A stretch of DNA of 62,683 nucleotides, the filler included, from Diploschistes diacapsis (Eukaryota), in assembly GCA_023645945.1 (NCBI GenBank). It is 6 parts of 6 records of this genome, joined end to end, with 100 filler letters (N's around TTAATTAATTAA, not from the genome) between each part and the next. Parts side by side here need not be neighbours in the genome. Positions count along the whole stretch, not along the records: positions 34,342 to 59,782 come from JALAIB010000208.1; 5 more parts are not named here. The stretch is one strand, 5' to 3'. Position numbers and translations under genes: made by a program. Shown piece by piece: positions 39,501 through 52,040 of the stretch. Position 1 is the stretch's first letter, and the number at the start of each line of letters is the position of its first letter. A model generated the notes under the pieces. It was not told the DNA's origin. It searched no databases and worked only from the letters and a program-made list of their open reading frames with translations.

Positions 39501-41382
39501 ACGGCTGTGGCTGCTGGCCCCAAATGAGGTGGATAATGAGGCCGACAGGATAATCGATTTTGCTGTCAAAGAGATATTGCTGAAGAATCGATCGCCATCA
39601 TCCGACACTCCTAGCAAGTATGAATGGTCCAACCGGATAGAAGAGGAGTGCGCCGCAAAATGCTGGGCCATCCGACTGCTTGTCAATCGTGTTCGCTCTC
39701 ACGCGACAGTGGATACATTAAGCTCGGTGACTGAGCCAGTCTACAGCCTTCTGAACAAACTTATTGAATCCGAGGGCGAGCTATCCAAGAGTCGTGATAC
39801 CCCGGAGCATTACAGGCCGCGGTTACGACTATCAGCCGCGAACTCGCTCCTCAAACTCTGTCAGTCAAAGAGGCACGATGCCTTGTTTCTTCCGCAAAGC
39901 TTCCACAAACTAGCCGAAGTGGCGCAAGATAACATCTATGAAGTCCGTGAACCGTTTTTGGCACGGCTTAGAAAATACCTTAGTAGGAACTCTCTGCCCG
40001 CTCGCTTCTATACCATTCCGTTCTTACTGGCCCATGAACCTGTGCTTGCCCTGAAATTGGAGACGATGACCTGGTTGAAATCACGAGCGACTGTCTTGGC
40101 TTCCTTCCAAAACCATGTTGTCTCCACTAGCAAAGAACAAGACGCCAAAACCGGAACGAAGAAGGCCACCATCCTTGAAACTGTATTCTCTAGACTTCTT
40201 TCTTTACTAGCGCACCATCCCGATTACGAAGATGAAGGTCCCGAACTGGTTGACATGTCGCGATATCTTGTTTTCTATCTTTCTACTGTTGCTAACGACC
40301 AAAATATTAGCCTCATTTACCATATTGCTCAGAGAGTCAAATCGTCCGAGGACGTTGTTGTTCTTGACTCATCATCCACCGACCAGAACGTCGATTATAC
40401 CACGCGGCTTCATACGTTGTCTGACCTCGCCACGTATACTATTCGAACCTTCCTTGAGGCCCATAATTGGAATCTGCAGAGCCTGCCTGGCCGCGTGTCT
40501 CTTCCGAGCAGTCTTTTCGGTGAGATCAAGGACTACGACGCTTCCATGTCCGTGTTATCCAAGAATTTCCTGCCCGAAGGCGTCGAAGCTGGCGTAGACG
40601 GGGTTGTGAGACAGTCAATGAAAAAGCCCAGTACGGCCAATCCTGCAAACAAAAAGAGGAAGAGCGAGTCCGAACAAGCACCACTGCCGAAGAAAGCGAA
40701 GATGGGTAAGCTCCCTGTGAGAGAAAGGGAGAAAGAGAAAACCAAGAAGCCCGCAAAACGAAAGGCTCGGAATTGGAACGCCGCGAGCGATAATAATGAA
40801 GACGATGGCGAGACACGCAAGAATGGTCGGGCGACTGGGAGCACTTCTAGGCGGAAAAGTGATCGGACAAGCTTATCAACGGCGAAAGCGTCATATAGGG
40901 AACGGGATGATAGTGAAGATGATGCTGAAATGGAAGAAGCCAATGAAGAACAGGAGAGCGATGACGATTTGGAAGACGATGGAGAAGATGAGAGCGACGA
41001 CGCCAACGCCCCCAAAGATGCCGAAGAAGAAGTGAACGGAGCTGAGGGCACAGAAATGAAGGATGCAGACCAAGAGGATGGGCAATCGGAAGGAGATATT
41101 GAGCTTGTTTCATCTCCACTTACCCCTGCTTCGCATAGTCGCCCGTCCCATCAAGCCGCTCCTGTATCTGAGAAAGCCGCCGAGACACCCCCGGAGGCTT
41201 CAAAGCGCACTCCGCGTTCGGCAGGATCTGCACGTTCTGCAGCAAAGTCGAATTCCAAGGCGACATCAAGTCCAGCACAAAGCTCGCCAGCCGCTGCGAA
41301 AGGTAAGAAGGCTACTGCCAAAAAGCCTTCTGTAACTCCGGCCGCGACAGCGACAGGTCGCGTCACACGATCTAGGGGCTAG
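36529..41382 (+). CDS. PDS5: Sister chromatid cohesion protein Pds5 (BimD/Spo76), two introns
   Basis: ELLKRLQAL, HKDRGVKAWVACCAVDVLRLCAPDAPFT, VVPQLEAEL, DSDEKVRLAAV, RLLSLLAHHPDY, charged tail; introns at ~36952-37061 and ~38724-38769. Confidence 0.96.
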
Positions 41383-42689
41383 GACGGCTGAGCAAGAAGC
41401 GAGCAATGTCTGCAGACTAGAGGTAACCTAGCATTCGTGACATTTTTTCGAGTGTTGGAGGAGTAGATACGAGATTACCGCTGGCTTGGCTGGCTTTAGC
41501 TTAAGGAAGGAAAACCGCCTTTGTGAGCTTAGCAAGGCGTCTGGAGCATGTGCTTTTCATGTTCAATTTTACTGTGCTACGTGGACCTTATTCATGAATT
41601 TTATGTGATGTGGATCGAGTTTCTTAAGCTGGATATATACCCTTATGAATGCCATAAGTATCTACCAGCGGCTCCTCTTCAAGAAACAGGAAGGGAAGGA
41701 GGGCGAACATCGTATATAGCTTGCAGCTACTCCTTGAAATATATGTTTGCACTTAGCCGGGGCGTGCCTGGTTCCTGTAGCCCCTTTCTCAGCGCCGAGC
41801 AGCAACGTGACTGACTCCTTTTAGCCTTCGTTAGCATCGAGTTACCAAAGATTCGAAAATGGGGCGGAACTACTTTCATAATAAAACCTGGCTACCTATT
41901 GAGGCTCTTCCCTCGGCTCTGTATTTCCTTTTACTATTCCTCAATTGTGCTGGAACATTGAAGATCACCGTTACCATCTTCGTGCAGCTTGTGTCCCGGC
42001 GAATGTCTCATCAGATCAACGTGAAGGGCCTCGGGCCCTTTGCTGAAGTAGAAAGCTCCCCTCTTCAGCCAATGTCTCAGCAGCTACACATTGGTGCCTG
42101 GAACGCTTGTTACTAACTTGTACGAGAGTCGGCGATGCGTTCGTGGCCGTTGGTGTGGATTGATCGAGTGCATTCCCACCGGTTCAAGCTCGATGGCGGA
42201 TGCCGAGCAATCTTCAATTAGGAAGGGGAGATGAATGCGGTGAGTTTTTATCCATTTCTATGCTATGTCGTGCTCTTTTTCTTTTCCTAATCAAGTGCTA
42301 ATAAAGTTGTTTTCATTTTAGACCATATGTACTGTGATCCGACATCCCAACCTACGCAAGCGGCATTTACTCCTGCCCCAAAGCCCATGGCGCAGGCTGT
42401 CTGTCGCCTTACCTGGGTATTGTGCGGTGTATCTATCAAATATGTTGAGACCCTTTCTAGGGACCATCTTTTCGGAGTATCTGCTCCTCTGCATGCCCAT
42501 CGACTGTACTCCCTCTTCCCGACTGAGTTAATTCTCACCCATGTTACAAGAAGGCAAGATAAGGAGCCAAACATATCCCAAACTTCTGATGCGTTCCAAG
42601 CACTGCTCCAATTGTATCATAGCATTCGGGTGAAAAAAGCTCGGTTATGAATTATAACCCAACATCTGCATTCTCCAAACCTTGATAGC

Positions 42690-44340
42690 ATACGGTTATG
42701 TCTCTGATTACGAGCTACTATCCACTCTTTACCATACAGAGCTTGATCTTCACCTTTGTTCAAAGTGGACCATAAGACGGCCTTCGTGTTCGAGTGTTCC
42801 AAACTTTTGTTTTCAACGTGGGGAATGTTGTTGGAGCAGTGCTGAGATGTTGGCTTGATCCTTCTTATTGCAGTGTTCGTCTCTACACAGGTATATAAAC
42901 ACTCGAGAGATTTATCATAGGCGTTTATCTTATTTTATTACCCAAGTAAGAAGAGAAGCCGCAATGAGGCCATCGAAGAGGAGTCTCCCGTTGACGTCAA
43001 GAAATTGAAGCATGTGGATACTCGCGCAAAGCAATACGAGGTGAAGAAAGAGGTATCCGAGGTAAAGGAAAAGGTACCCAAAGTGAAGACAGAGGTGAGA
43101 AGGAGATAGAAGAATAACTGAAGAAATGAATGAAGGAACAGTTGAAGCAAGGAGTGAAGGCGTTGGAGAAGTAAAGCAATAGATTCTTGAAGTCAAGGAA
43201 GAGGTGCCCGAGGTAAGAATTGAAATGGCGATGAAGAGCCAGTCGAGAGACAGGAGATGAGCAAAAGGAAACGACCAGACGAATCGCATCCCAAGCAAGA
43301 AAAGGAGCCGCGAACATAGTGACAAAGGCGAGTCTCCGGTTGAGCGCAAGAAGTCCAAGCTTGCCGACTCCTGTGAGGATCAACTAAAGGAGGAGAAGAG
43401 GATGAAAGTAAACGAAGAGACTCCACAAAACTCTTTGGAGCTCTTTTGTGAACAGAAGATGACTAAACCTTCCTATCCCATCCTATTTCAAAGGAGAAAA
43501 GAGGCGTAGAAGAGGATGGTGAGCACAGTAAATCCCCGGTCGAGTCGGCAAGGAATACTCCCGTGAAAATCAGCTAAAGGCGGAAGAGACAGCAATGAAG
43601 GCAGAAGGAGAGTCCCAGAGAAATTCTTGGAGTCCCTCAGCGAACAGAAGACAGTCGAACCTTCCGATGTTTTCTCCAACACGAGACGAGGCCTGGCAGA
43701 GAGTGGTGAACAAGGCGAATCCCCGATCGAGTGCAAGGAATCCAAGCTTGCACACTCCCGTAGGAACTAGCCAAAGGTAGAGGAGCGGATGTTGAAAGCT
43801 GATGAAGACATGTTAAAAGAAGCAGCAATAAAGAGAGAGAAGATGATGGGAGACGGGAAAACTTCGAAGAAGAAGGCTCTGGAAGAAGCGAAACCGCAAA
43901 ACGATGGGATGACAGAAGAAAAGGGGACAATGGATGATGAAAAAATACTCGTAAAAAGGGAGACAGGAGAAGAAGGGGAGAAAATCGAATGAGGTGACAC
44001 ATCTGAATAAGAGAAAGCACCTGGACACTTCTCAGATCCACTTGATGAACGGAAGGTAATCATGCCCTCAAATGCTGTCTTAAATAAGAAACGAGCCCGG
44101 GAAAGGGACGACGAATAAGGACTTCGAGTTGAAGCCAAGAGACCAAGATTCATTGGCCAAAGCGAACACCGGGTAAAGATAAAAGAGAGGACGGTGGAGG
44201 TGAAGAAGGAAGTTCCGGGAGAGACCCTGGAGCCGCTTTACTACTCCAGCTCAACAGCCTGAAAGCAAACAAACCGTCTTCAAGCAGTCTCCAACTAATT
44301 AGGAGCTGGGCTTGGAGCCAACTACTGTAGATGATTGGAT
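42690..44340 (+). pseudogene. Decayed Lys/Glu-rich repetitive protein gene
   Basis: Purine-rich coding-like strand with many stops and shifts; repeated unit (G/E)ESP(V/I)(E/D)xK(K/E)SKL at ~42978, 43327, 43528 and 43712. Confidence 0.5.
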
Positions 44341-44630
44341 GAGCACTATACAAGCCAGATCACCGATAGAAGGGAGAGACTGAGTAAAAGCTCTTGGGCA
44401 CATAGGACTGCAGAGAGGGTATTGTGGGATAGTAGAACATGAAGGCTAGAATTCGGAGCCAAAAATTCCCAGTTTCAGATACTTGTGCACAATTGATTTA
44501 TGCCTAGCACAACTTTATGGTCGAGTTTCCACAAGTCAGCCCTTGTTTCTTCAAACTTTTCCATTCTTGTTCAATCAGAAACTTACTTCAGTTGAGACCT
44601 CCACGACCGCGATTCTTCCTCAAGTGTAGC

Positions 44631-45203
44631 ATGTACGTACAGGAAGCTCCAGGGTATCCGCGATTTGCGGCAATACCTTGGTGTGCTGAAGTCCTGTCCG
44701 ATCCTACCTTACGAGCTAAGCCTGTGTTATCTCGTATACCCAAGGAGGACACCGAAGATTCTCTGTTGGCGGAGACGCTGAACACGAATGATACCGTCAG
44801 CTCGACCCTGGGCTTTTTCAGATTACCTCAAGGGGAGCCGCCTTCAAGAATCGAAGAGGCTTATACATTGTATACTCTCGGCAGCGCTATGAACGGTATG
44901 ACAGGAGCCCTACATGGTGGGATCATCGGTACTTTGTTGGATGAAACTCTAGGCCTTATAATATCATTGAATAAGAACCTGAATGGGACTACCAATAGCC
45001 CCGAAGTAGTAACAGCGTACCTGCATACGCGTTACTTGAAGCCGCTTGATACGCCGGCGACCGTCCTGGTCACGGCTGAATTGAAAAGTACTGAGGAGAG
45101 GAAATGGTACATTGATGGCACTATCAAGAATGGGAAAGGTGAAGTCCTCGCCGAAGCAAAGTCGCTCTGGATCCAGCTCAAGGAGAGCAGGGCTAGGCTA
45201 TAG
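44631..45203 (+). CDS. HotDog-fold thioesterase (PaaI/THEM4-like)
   Basis: AIPWC, EDSLLAETL, NG..GALHGGIIGTLLDE, TAYLHTRYLKP. Confidence 0.88.
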   Translation: MYVQEAPGYPRFAAIPWCAEVLSDPTLRAKPVLSRIPKEDTEDSLLAETLNTNDTVSSTLGFFRLPQGEPPSRIEEAYTLYTLGSAMNGMTGALHGGIIGTLLDETLGLIISLNKNLNGTTNSPEVVTAYLHTRYLKPLDTPATVLVTAELKSTEERKWYIDGTIKNGKGEVLAEAKSLWIQLKESRARL

Positions 45204-45357
45204 TCCTTGGCTGTAGCTCCGCCCACAAGGTATCAGTAACACCTTCATTTCGAGGCCTGCAATTGCAAATGATGCTCAAATCATATGCAATAACCACCTA
45301 TCCTAAGCCCAGACTATACAAGACGTTGACTAGCTCGATCAGAGTGGTTCCCCCCTC

Positions 45358-46090
45358 TTACATGGGCCGACCATTTTGCAACATCTCCATCAACGGGGTA
45401 AAACTACCTTCAGGATTCATGAGCTGCCCACATGGACTGACAAAATCATTAGCCTGTGCTTGCATGCATCCGAAGAAGCCATGCTCAAAAATCCAGTCCT
45501 GCTCATCCAGTCAGTTAGCCAGCTGCTTCGAAAAGTCTTCTACTGAGTTTCCATCACGACTGATTTGCAATCTCCGACACGATCACGGGGATCTCTGGCC
45601 ACTTGTTTTGCATGTCCTCGAGGAATTCCTGCGCGGCATTGCCGTCGGTGCCATAGTAATGGAGGCCAAGGTAATCCGGCGGAGCATCCTGGATGCGGTT
45701 CATGAAGTCTTCGATCCAGGCTTGTCCCGCATCGTCGTTCGAGCAGCTTGGACTGACGAGCTTCTCTCCTTTGTCGTTTCATAGCAACAGCATCTGCTGC
45801 TGCCAGACATCCGCGGCCTGCTCCGCAGAAATGTTGTGACGTTCCGGCTCGTTAAAGAAATGAATAATGGGTTGGTCGGTGTTTTCGACATTGTCCCAGT
45901 CCTGGCCTGACAGGCAGGGCTCTTCACGGATCATTGGACGATATGGAGCGCGGCCTTTGAGCTCAGGAGGCACCCAGGAATTCCAGTTCGAGACAAAGGA
46001 GATTGGTACATCGAAGTTCACTTTATCCATTGCTTGAGGCACCTGGGTGGTGTTGTGGTAATCCCACAGGAGACATCGCTTTCTGATCGT
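45358..46090 (-). pseudogene. GH128 (Asl1-like) beta-1,3-glucanase pseudogene
   Basis: KRCLLWD, NWNSW, RPM, FFNEPE, LVSPS, DYLGLHYY, VIVSEIA, GFFGCM; TGA at 45779-45781, frameshift near 45570, second TGA replacing Trp near 45512. Confidence 0.82.
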
Positions 46091-46570
46091 CACCTTGCCA
46101 AGTACTGCAGCTTCTACGAATTGAAGGAAGCGAAAGCACCGTTCAACAAAAATATGTAACGTGAAGATGTGTTTAGAGCCCTTTGTGATTTTAGAGTGGA
46201 GGCAAAATATTGGCAGAAACATCACTTCCTATACAAAGCAGCGGAAAGCACGAACGGAAATCAATCTTGATCAGATTTCGAGCTCATGTTGCTTCCAAGG
46301 CTGTGATGGTTAACTTCGCCGCATTGTTCATTATGCAGCCATTGCTGATCTGAGATCAGCTGCAAAGTTCAATTTAAGAGGCATTGACCAGTATGGATGA
46401 TATTGTCCAGGCCGAAGAAGAAGCGATGAATGTCAGACCGATCCGATCAGATGCCGTTACGATAGGCGCTGTTCTGGGTGGAAGATACTGGCAATGGTAC
46501 CCATGCGTAGCCAAAAAGAGCTTATCGCTCGGGCATTATCCACGCACACATCGTTACCTTGGGAGCGCTT

Positions 46571-47031
46571 CTAGGTTTCAGGTCGGAAAATACCGACCCT
46601 CATATTTGGTCCGGATGACTGACAGCATTTCTTTGGGCTGTGGATCGCAAGGCCTGCAAGGGTAAGCTTGGAAATGGCGTCCTCCTCGAAGCCTCCCACC
46701 GCAGTGCCTCCATCGGTGGGCTTGATGGTGGCTGCCCCGTCACATCCTTGCTCCAAGTTGATATCGTCCCATGCCTTTCCATCCGGTGCAGAGACTTGGA
46801 ACTCGGCCCAAGTTACAGGCAGCTGAGTTCCACGTTGTACACAACCTTTAAAAGACTCGGAGAGAGATATCCATTTTGATTCGCCTGCCTCAAGAGTCAC
46901 TTGGGGGTCTGGATGGTTGAAATTAGCGCCAGCCGTTCCATCACCATTCCAAAATTGTCGTAGAATGCGAAAGATTGAGCGTGGTCAGATCTATTTGCTA
47001 GGACAATGCCAGGCCCTTCGGGTTGTACCAT
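46571..47031 (-). pseudogene. Thaumatin/osmotin-like small protein, frameshifted
   Basis: MVQPEGPGIVLANRS...FYDNF(W)NGDGTAGANF has a 1-nt loss in a T-run near 46950; then FKGCVQRG...TWAEFQ...WDDINLEQGCDGAATIKP resembles thaumatin T.AEF...DISL..G. Confidence 0.5.
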
Positions 47032-47950
47032 TTTTAGTACCACCCGGATGCAGCTAAAGAGGAGAGAAACGATCTTTGGACGCAACGGATCTGAATCGTA
47101 ATCATTCCATCGATTTCGAGAAAACTAAAAGAACGTCTATCCTACCTAAATGGCCCATCTTATACCCAACAAGAGGTCACACGCAGTTATCGCGGTCAAC
47201 GAGAACCACCAGCTAAGCCTAGCTCTCTGCGAAGCACCCCCCAGTTACTCAAGGGCCTGGATCTGCATCACCCTGGTTGTAGGTAACAATGATATCCTTG
47301 ATCCCAATCCCACCAGACCTCTAGAGACATAGATGTCAGCAAAATCCAGGCTAAGCAATCTCGAGTTAGACGGGCCAACCTGCTTGCCGACGGATCAACC
47401 ATGGAAACCCCAAGCACACTTACCTGAGCATTGTCAGCCGAGTTACCCTGACTTGCCCAAGCTACTTATGCTCATGGCTCCTTTGCCTCAGCCCTATTTG
47501 ATACTAATCTACATTATCCATATGGGTTCCACTGGGACGAGAGCCTGGTCAATAATCTCTCTCAGCTCATGTAACTCGTGTTGCGATGCACAATTTTAGC
47601 TCAGGCCGCCCGAGTTGCTGCATGTCAGGCGACAACTAGCCTTGAGATGCCATACCTCCATGTAAGATCTTTGTCTCGGCAACGGGCTTTTACAATCAAA
47701 TAAGCCTTTCAGCTCATGTCGAGCGTCTTGTTACTTGTTGCCTCAGGAAGCAAACAATTCGAGCTCCTTGTTCGAACACGAGAGAAGGAGGCAGTGTGGC
47801 AAGATGGGCAGCTAGAATCCCATTTCTTCTTAAAGACGAAATACTCGCGGTTGCCTGCCATATCTATACTTCTGCTATCCCAGAATATCTTGTTCGGCTC
47901 ATCGCCCCACCAAACCTGCTACATTACTGTATCAATAACACAATTCCATA

Positions 47951-48708
47951 ATGGGAGACTATACCATCGTACAAGGCGATACCGAGGAAGAGGTCGCGCA
48001 GAAACATGGCTGCTCAACTGAAAACATAGACAACGCAAATCCCGGCGTGGATGCCAAACGACCTCCAGATCGGCCAAGTCATCCACCTTCCAGAAAGACA
48101 AAGTAGTGCTCCACCACAGCCCTCCGAGCCTGCTCCCTCTAGCGACCTTCACAGTGGCTCAGGTGGCAGCAACGGCGGCGGCTCCTTCGTTTCCTACTCC
48201 GGCGCAGCCTCCGGGTTCCCCGATCCCTCCGAATGGGTCCTATATTCCGCCCTCTGGTCGCAGAAGGCGCTGCTCATGAAATTCCACGACTCCGACGCGG
48301 AGATCGACAACATCAAGGAAGTCATGAGAACGTGGCAAAAGAGGCACAAATTCGACATCCGGGCCATCCTTTGCATCATGCAGGAGTGCGGCGGCAACGT
48401 GCGTGTCCCGACAACGGACAACGGCGTAAGGAACCCAGGCACCATGCAGAGCCACAACGGCGTCGAGTTTAACCCGGCGGACCCAGCGGGAAGTATCCTC
48501 CAGATGGTAAAGGATGGAACCATTGGGACGAGCAATGGGCGGACCTGAAGGACCTCTACGAGCAACACGGCAATCCTATGAGGCCTTCAGGGCGTACAAT
48601 TCTGGGAGCGTGGACAAAGAGGATCTGAACAACGCGAAGGGGGCGACGGCGGATTATGTGTTGAACACGGCGAATCGGCTGATGGGGCATCAGTGGAACG
48701 GCATGTAG
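47951..48708 (+). pseudogene. LysM domain fused to a lysozyme-like/lytic transglycosylase (SLT/GH23-like) domain, frameshifted
   Basis: YTIVQGDT...VAQKHG...NANPGV..NDLQIGQVIHLP (LysM); RAILCIMQECGGN, NPGTMQSH, AFRAYNSG, YV...ANRL (SLT-like); frameshifts at ~48052, ~48540 and ~48575. Confidence 0.82.
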
Positions 48709-49369
48709 TTTTTGACTTGCAGCATACTCAATGGAGCGTCTTCTCACCATCTTTCTGCATTGTTTCTTCTCCTGGAGATACTTCACCCTCCCAAAATTTA
48801 GCACAACGCCATCCATATATACCAAACGCCTTGCAGTGCAGATTTCTGAGAGTGGATGCCCAGATCATGAGCATGGCCAAAATCATGGCCTTCTTCCCCC
48901 AGTCCCCTGTTCACATACCCCCTTCGCCCCCATCTTCCATGTCACTGGCGGCCCCCCTGGTGCCCGCCCTGGAGCCTGTCGATGTCGTCCTGAATCGCCT
49001 GTGCGCCTCTCTCGATGCCAGGGGTAGCCGCTGGACCTTCCTTGCTGGCTAGAGCCTTGAGCCTCGCCTCGTCCTTTTCGAGAGCGTCGATGGCAGCTTG
49101 GTTTGCTCGCTTCCAGGAGGAGCTGCATTTCGGTTAAGTTGTGGGACGTGATTCTTGCTGGGGAGGGTGAAGGGAGGGGAATGATTCGCGGAGGCTGGCT
49201 CGACATCGGATTAACAGACTGTTGAAGAGAACGAACACTGGATGGTGTGCGGACAAGTTTGGAATTGAACGGCATTATGACAGCGCTTACACTATAGGGT
49301 ATAGTATGTTCAAAAAAAAAAGGCAGAGCAACCTCCTTCCATGGCTTATTTCTTGCTAGCACAATTCTT

Positions 49370-49560
49370 GAACAAAACCATCAGAGCTAGATACTGTCGC
49401 TCTCTTTCCTTTTCTCGTGCTTCAAGTCTTTCAAATCTCTTATCAACTTTGTTGAACCCCGCCGCCATTTCGACCTTCGCGTCTTTGATCTCGGCCGCCA
49501 TCTCGACCTTGACATGTCTAACCTTGGCCTTAACATCTTTAGCCTCGGCTCTTGGGACGT
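49370..49560 (-). pseudogene. Coiled-coil gene fragment with repeated KVEMAA units
   Basis: AKDVKAKVRHVKVEMAAEIKDAKVEMAAGFNKVDKRFERLE read on the minus strand; no start found. Confidence 0.35.
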
Positions 49561-51066
49561 AAGAATTCGCGGTAATAATTAACTCCGTAAGACCAGCTGG
49601 GTGGAGGAGATGCTGAAGGGCTGATTATTGTTATTGACTATACCAATATGGTATAATATCAGTATAAACTATAACTGGGTAGGAGTGCGGGAAGCCATAA
49701 AAGGATAGTGATTTGCGATGTGATATCTCTTGTAACTGTAAGCTATAAGTCTGAATATTAGAATTAGATGTGTTTATATTGTTTTAGTATTGGATGTTGA
49801 ATCAAGTATGCTCTAACTGAGGTGTAAACCTTCCGGGTCTCAGCCCTAGCAACAGCGTCACCCGTGCTTGCCCTGTAGTAAAGAGCAACACAAGGAGAAG
49901 ACCGGGCAAGATACTTCTGTCAGCCTGGTACCCAGCGGAAAGGGTGTGCAGGCAGCACGAGAGGCACGAGGGGGCATAAGCTTCAGCATCGCAGTGCCTC
50001 CCTCGCCAATCTCCAACGAAGGCTTGAAAGTAGCTGTTATGGGCTTGGAAAGAGGCAAGTTGCTGTATGTTTAGCCTGAGACTTACGAGATTCGTGGGTT
50101 ATGGGTGTGTGGACGAGTTGAAGATAGAAGTAGTAATGGGCTTTGAACTAAGCCCCTTTAGGTTAACGCTGCTGATTTCAACTTGCCAGGAGTCTGATCA
50201 GTTGAGGGCAATTCTAGCCAGCCGCAAATCTCTCTATTGCTTTTTCGAATTTTCATCGCTGAAGCCTCTTTCGAAGCATCTTTTGAAACATTTGAAGCAC
50301 CTTTTCGAGCACCTTTTCGAAGCTTTTGAAGCAGCGGATTCGGCAGCGCATGTAGACCTTTCGATTATAATCAAGGTCTAAACAATAGTTTATTGATAAA
50401 GTCTCAGCTTGACAAGCCATGTTGTTAGCCGCTGATCCGAAAGGGCCTAGCGCCAATGTCTAACCCAAAGAGGTTAGCCCCAGCTAACCAGAGCCGAGGC
50501 AAGACAAAACTGCTCTCTACATGTATAGCACGCATATTATAACTCAGTGCAAATGAAAAGTGATCATGCTAGCACCTGCATAGGAGCAGAGGCCGTACTG
50601 CAAGCTGCAATTCTTCCAGATATACCCAACATGACCATTGTGGCATTTACCAGAACCGTGCCGGCGCAAATCTGGATTGGGATTCTTAGCAACTTCGCGC
50701 GGAGGGTGGCCGCAAATAGCCTGGTCAGCGATATTGGGTGTCCTCGTATCCGTCTGTTTTTAGCTGATGGCGCATTAGTTTCTCAATCCTGTGACTACCA
50801 TATTCCCTCTCACTGCTTCTCCATCGCAGATTGCTTCTTTTCAGTGCTTCTCTTTTGGTCGAAAACGTCTCCGATGCTGGCTTTGGTCGTGATGTTCCTA
50901 CGTAGGGTATCAGTTCCCTTGAAAACAGCAGTCCAAGACGCTGTATAAAGTCTGATTCCTTTCCCATGTCCAGTCTTTTGTATCAGCGCTTCTGTTGTCA
51001 CTCCTTTGTCTTGTCTTTCGTTTATCCACAGTGTCCTTTAATCCCGGGCCCAGCATCATAATCACA

Positions 51067-51652
51067 ATGCATTACAGCTTCCTGCTATCTGCCCTTGCGG
51101 GCCTCAGCCTAGCAGCAGCGTCACCCTTGCTTGTCCGTCAAGCAAACTCTACTTGTGTGGCCACACAGACGGGAACAGCCCCTCCAACCCACCCCGACAC
51201 GCCGCAAGCTTTCCAAAACAATCTTGTTTACCAAGTAAGACTTTCCTATGGCGCCCGAGATTGGGGAGTCTGGGGTTGCTGACACCGCGCAGGGCCTTGC
51301 CGTTGCAGCATCCGTAATCCCTCCGTCCGGCTACGAGACGACCTTTCGCAACGCTGCCGGCGCGACTCAGGGAGGAGGATATCTTGGGTACATCTACCTG
51401 AACGCCTACGACCCGTCGCAGTGCGCAACGGTGTGCAATGCCATCGCCGGCTGCAGCTCCATCAACACCTATGTCGAGCGCGATCCGAGTACCACCCCAG
51501 CAGCTGGTTGCCTCAACCCGCCCGGCGTTGCCAACTTCAAGTGCTCGTTCTGGTCCACCTACATTGATAGCTCGAATGCTACGAACTACGGGCAGTTTCA
51601 GGATCAGTTTGCGGTCGTTATTGCCGGCTCGGATGGTTTTGTCAAGTGCTAG
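51067..51652 (+). CDS. Small secreted Cys-rich protein (Apple/PAN-like fungal family)
   Basis: Signal peptide MHYSFLLSALAGLSLAAASP; intron 51235-51292; YDPSQCATVCNAIAGCSSINTYVERDP...KCSFW...ATNYGQ...VIAGSDGF. Confidence 0.85.
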
Positions 51653-52040
51653 GGGTTTATCGGACCAAAAAGTGCCACAGGGAGGCGGCGAGTTTTGAAC
51701 ACATTTTGAAGGCTCATCCTTGAGAGAGCCTATACATGGGATCATGCACATAGCTGCCTGTAATGTGTAATATATATGATATTATTCGATTCTGAAGTCT
51801 GCATTAACGCTAGTATAGGCTTAGTATCTGCAAAAGGGGGTGGCATTTCCCTGAGTGTAAGCTACCGGAAAGGAGCCCATCCAAGGAGCATTGGCTGAAA
51901 ACAGACAGCGGGATAAAATAAAATAAAAATTTGCTTGCACGTACGATACCAACCTTTTTGTCTCTGTACACTATAGCTTCAATAAACAAATTGGAAAGAT
52001 CTATATATACCACCTAGTTATCTTGCAATGTCATCTTGAT

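Noticed and set aside
41400..42690. Possible Starship captain (tyrosine recombinase) at the island edge
   Set aside because: No DUF3435-like motifs seen in the stretches I translated by hand
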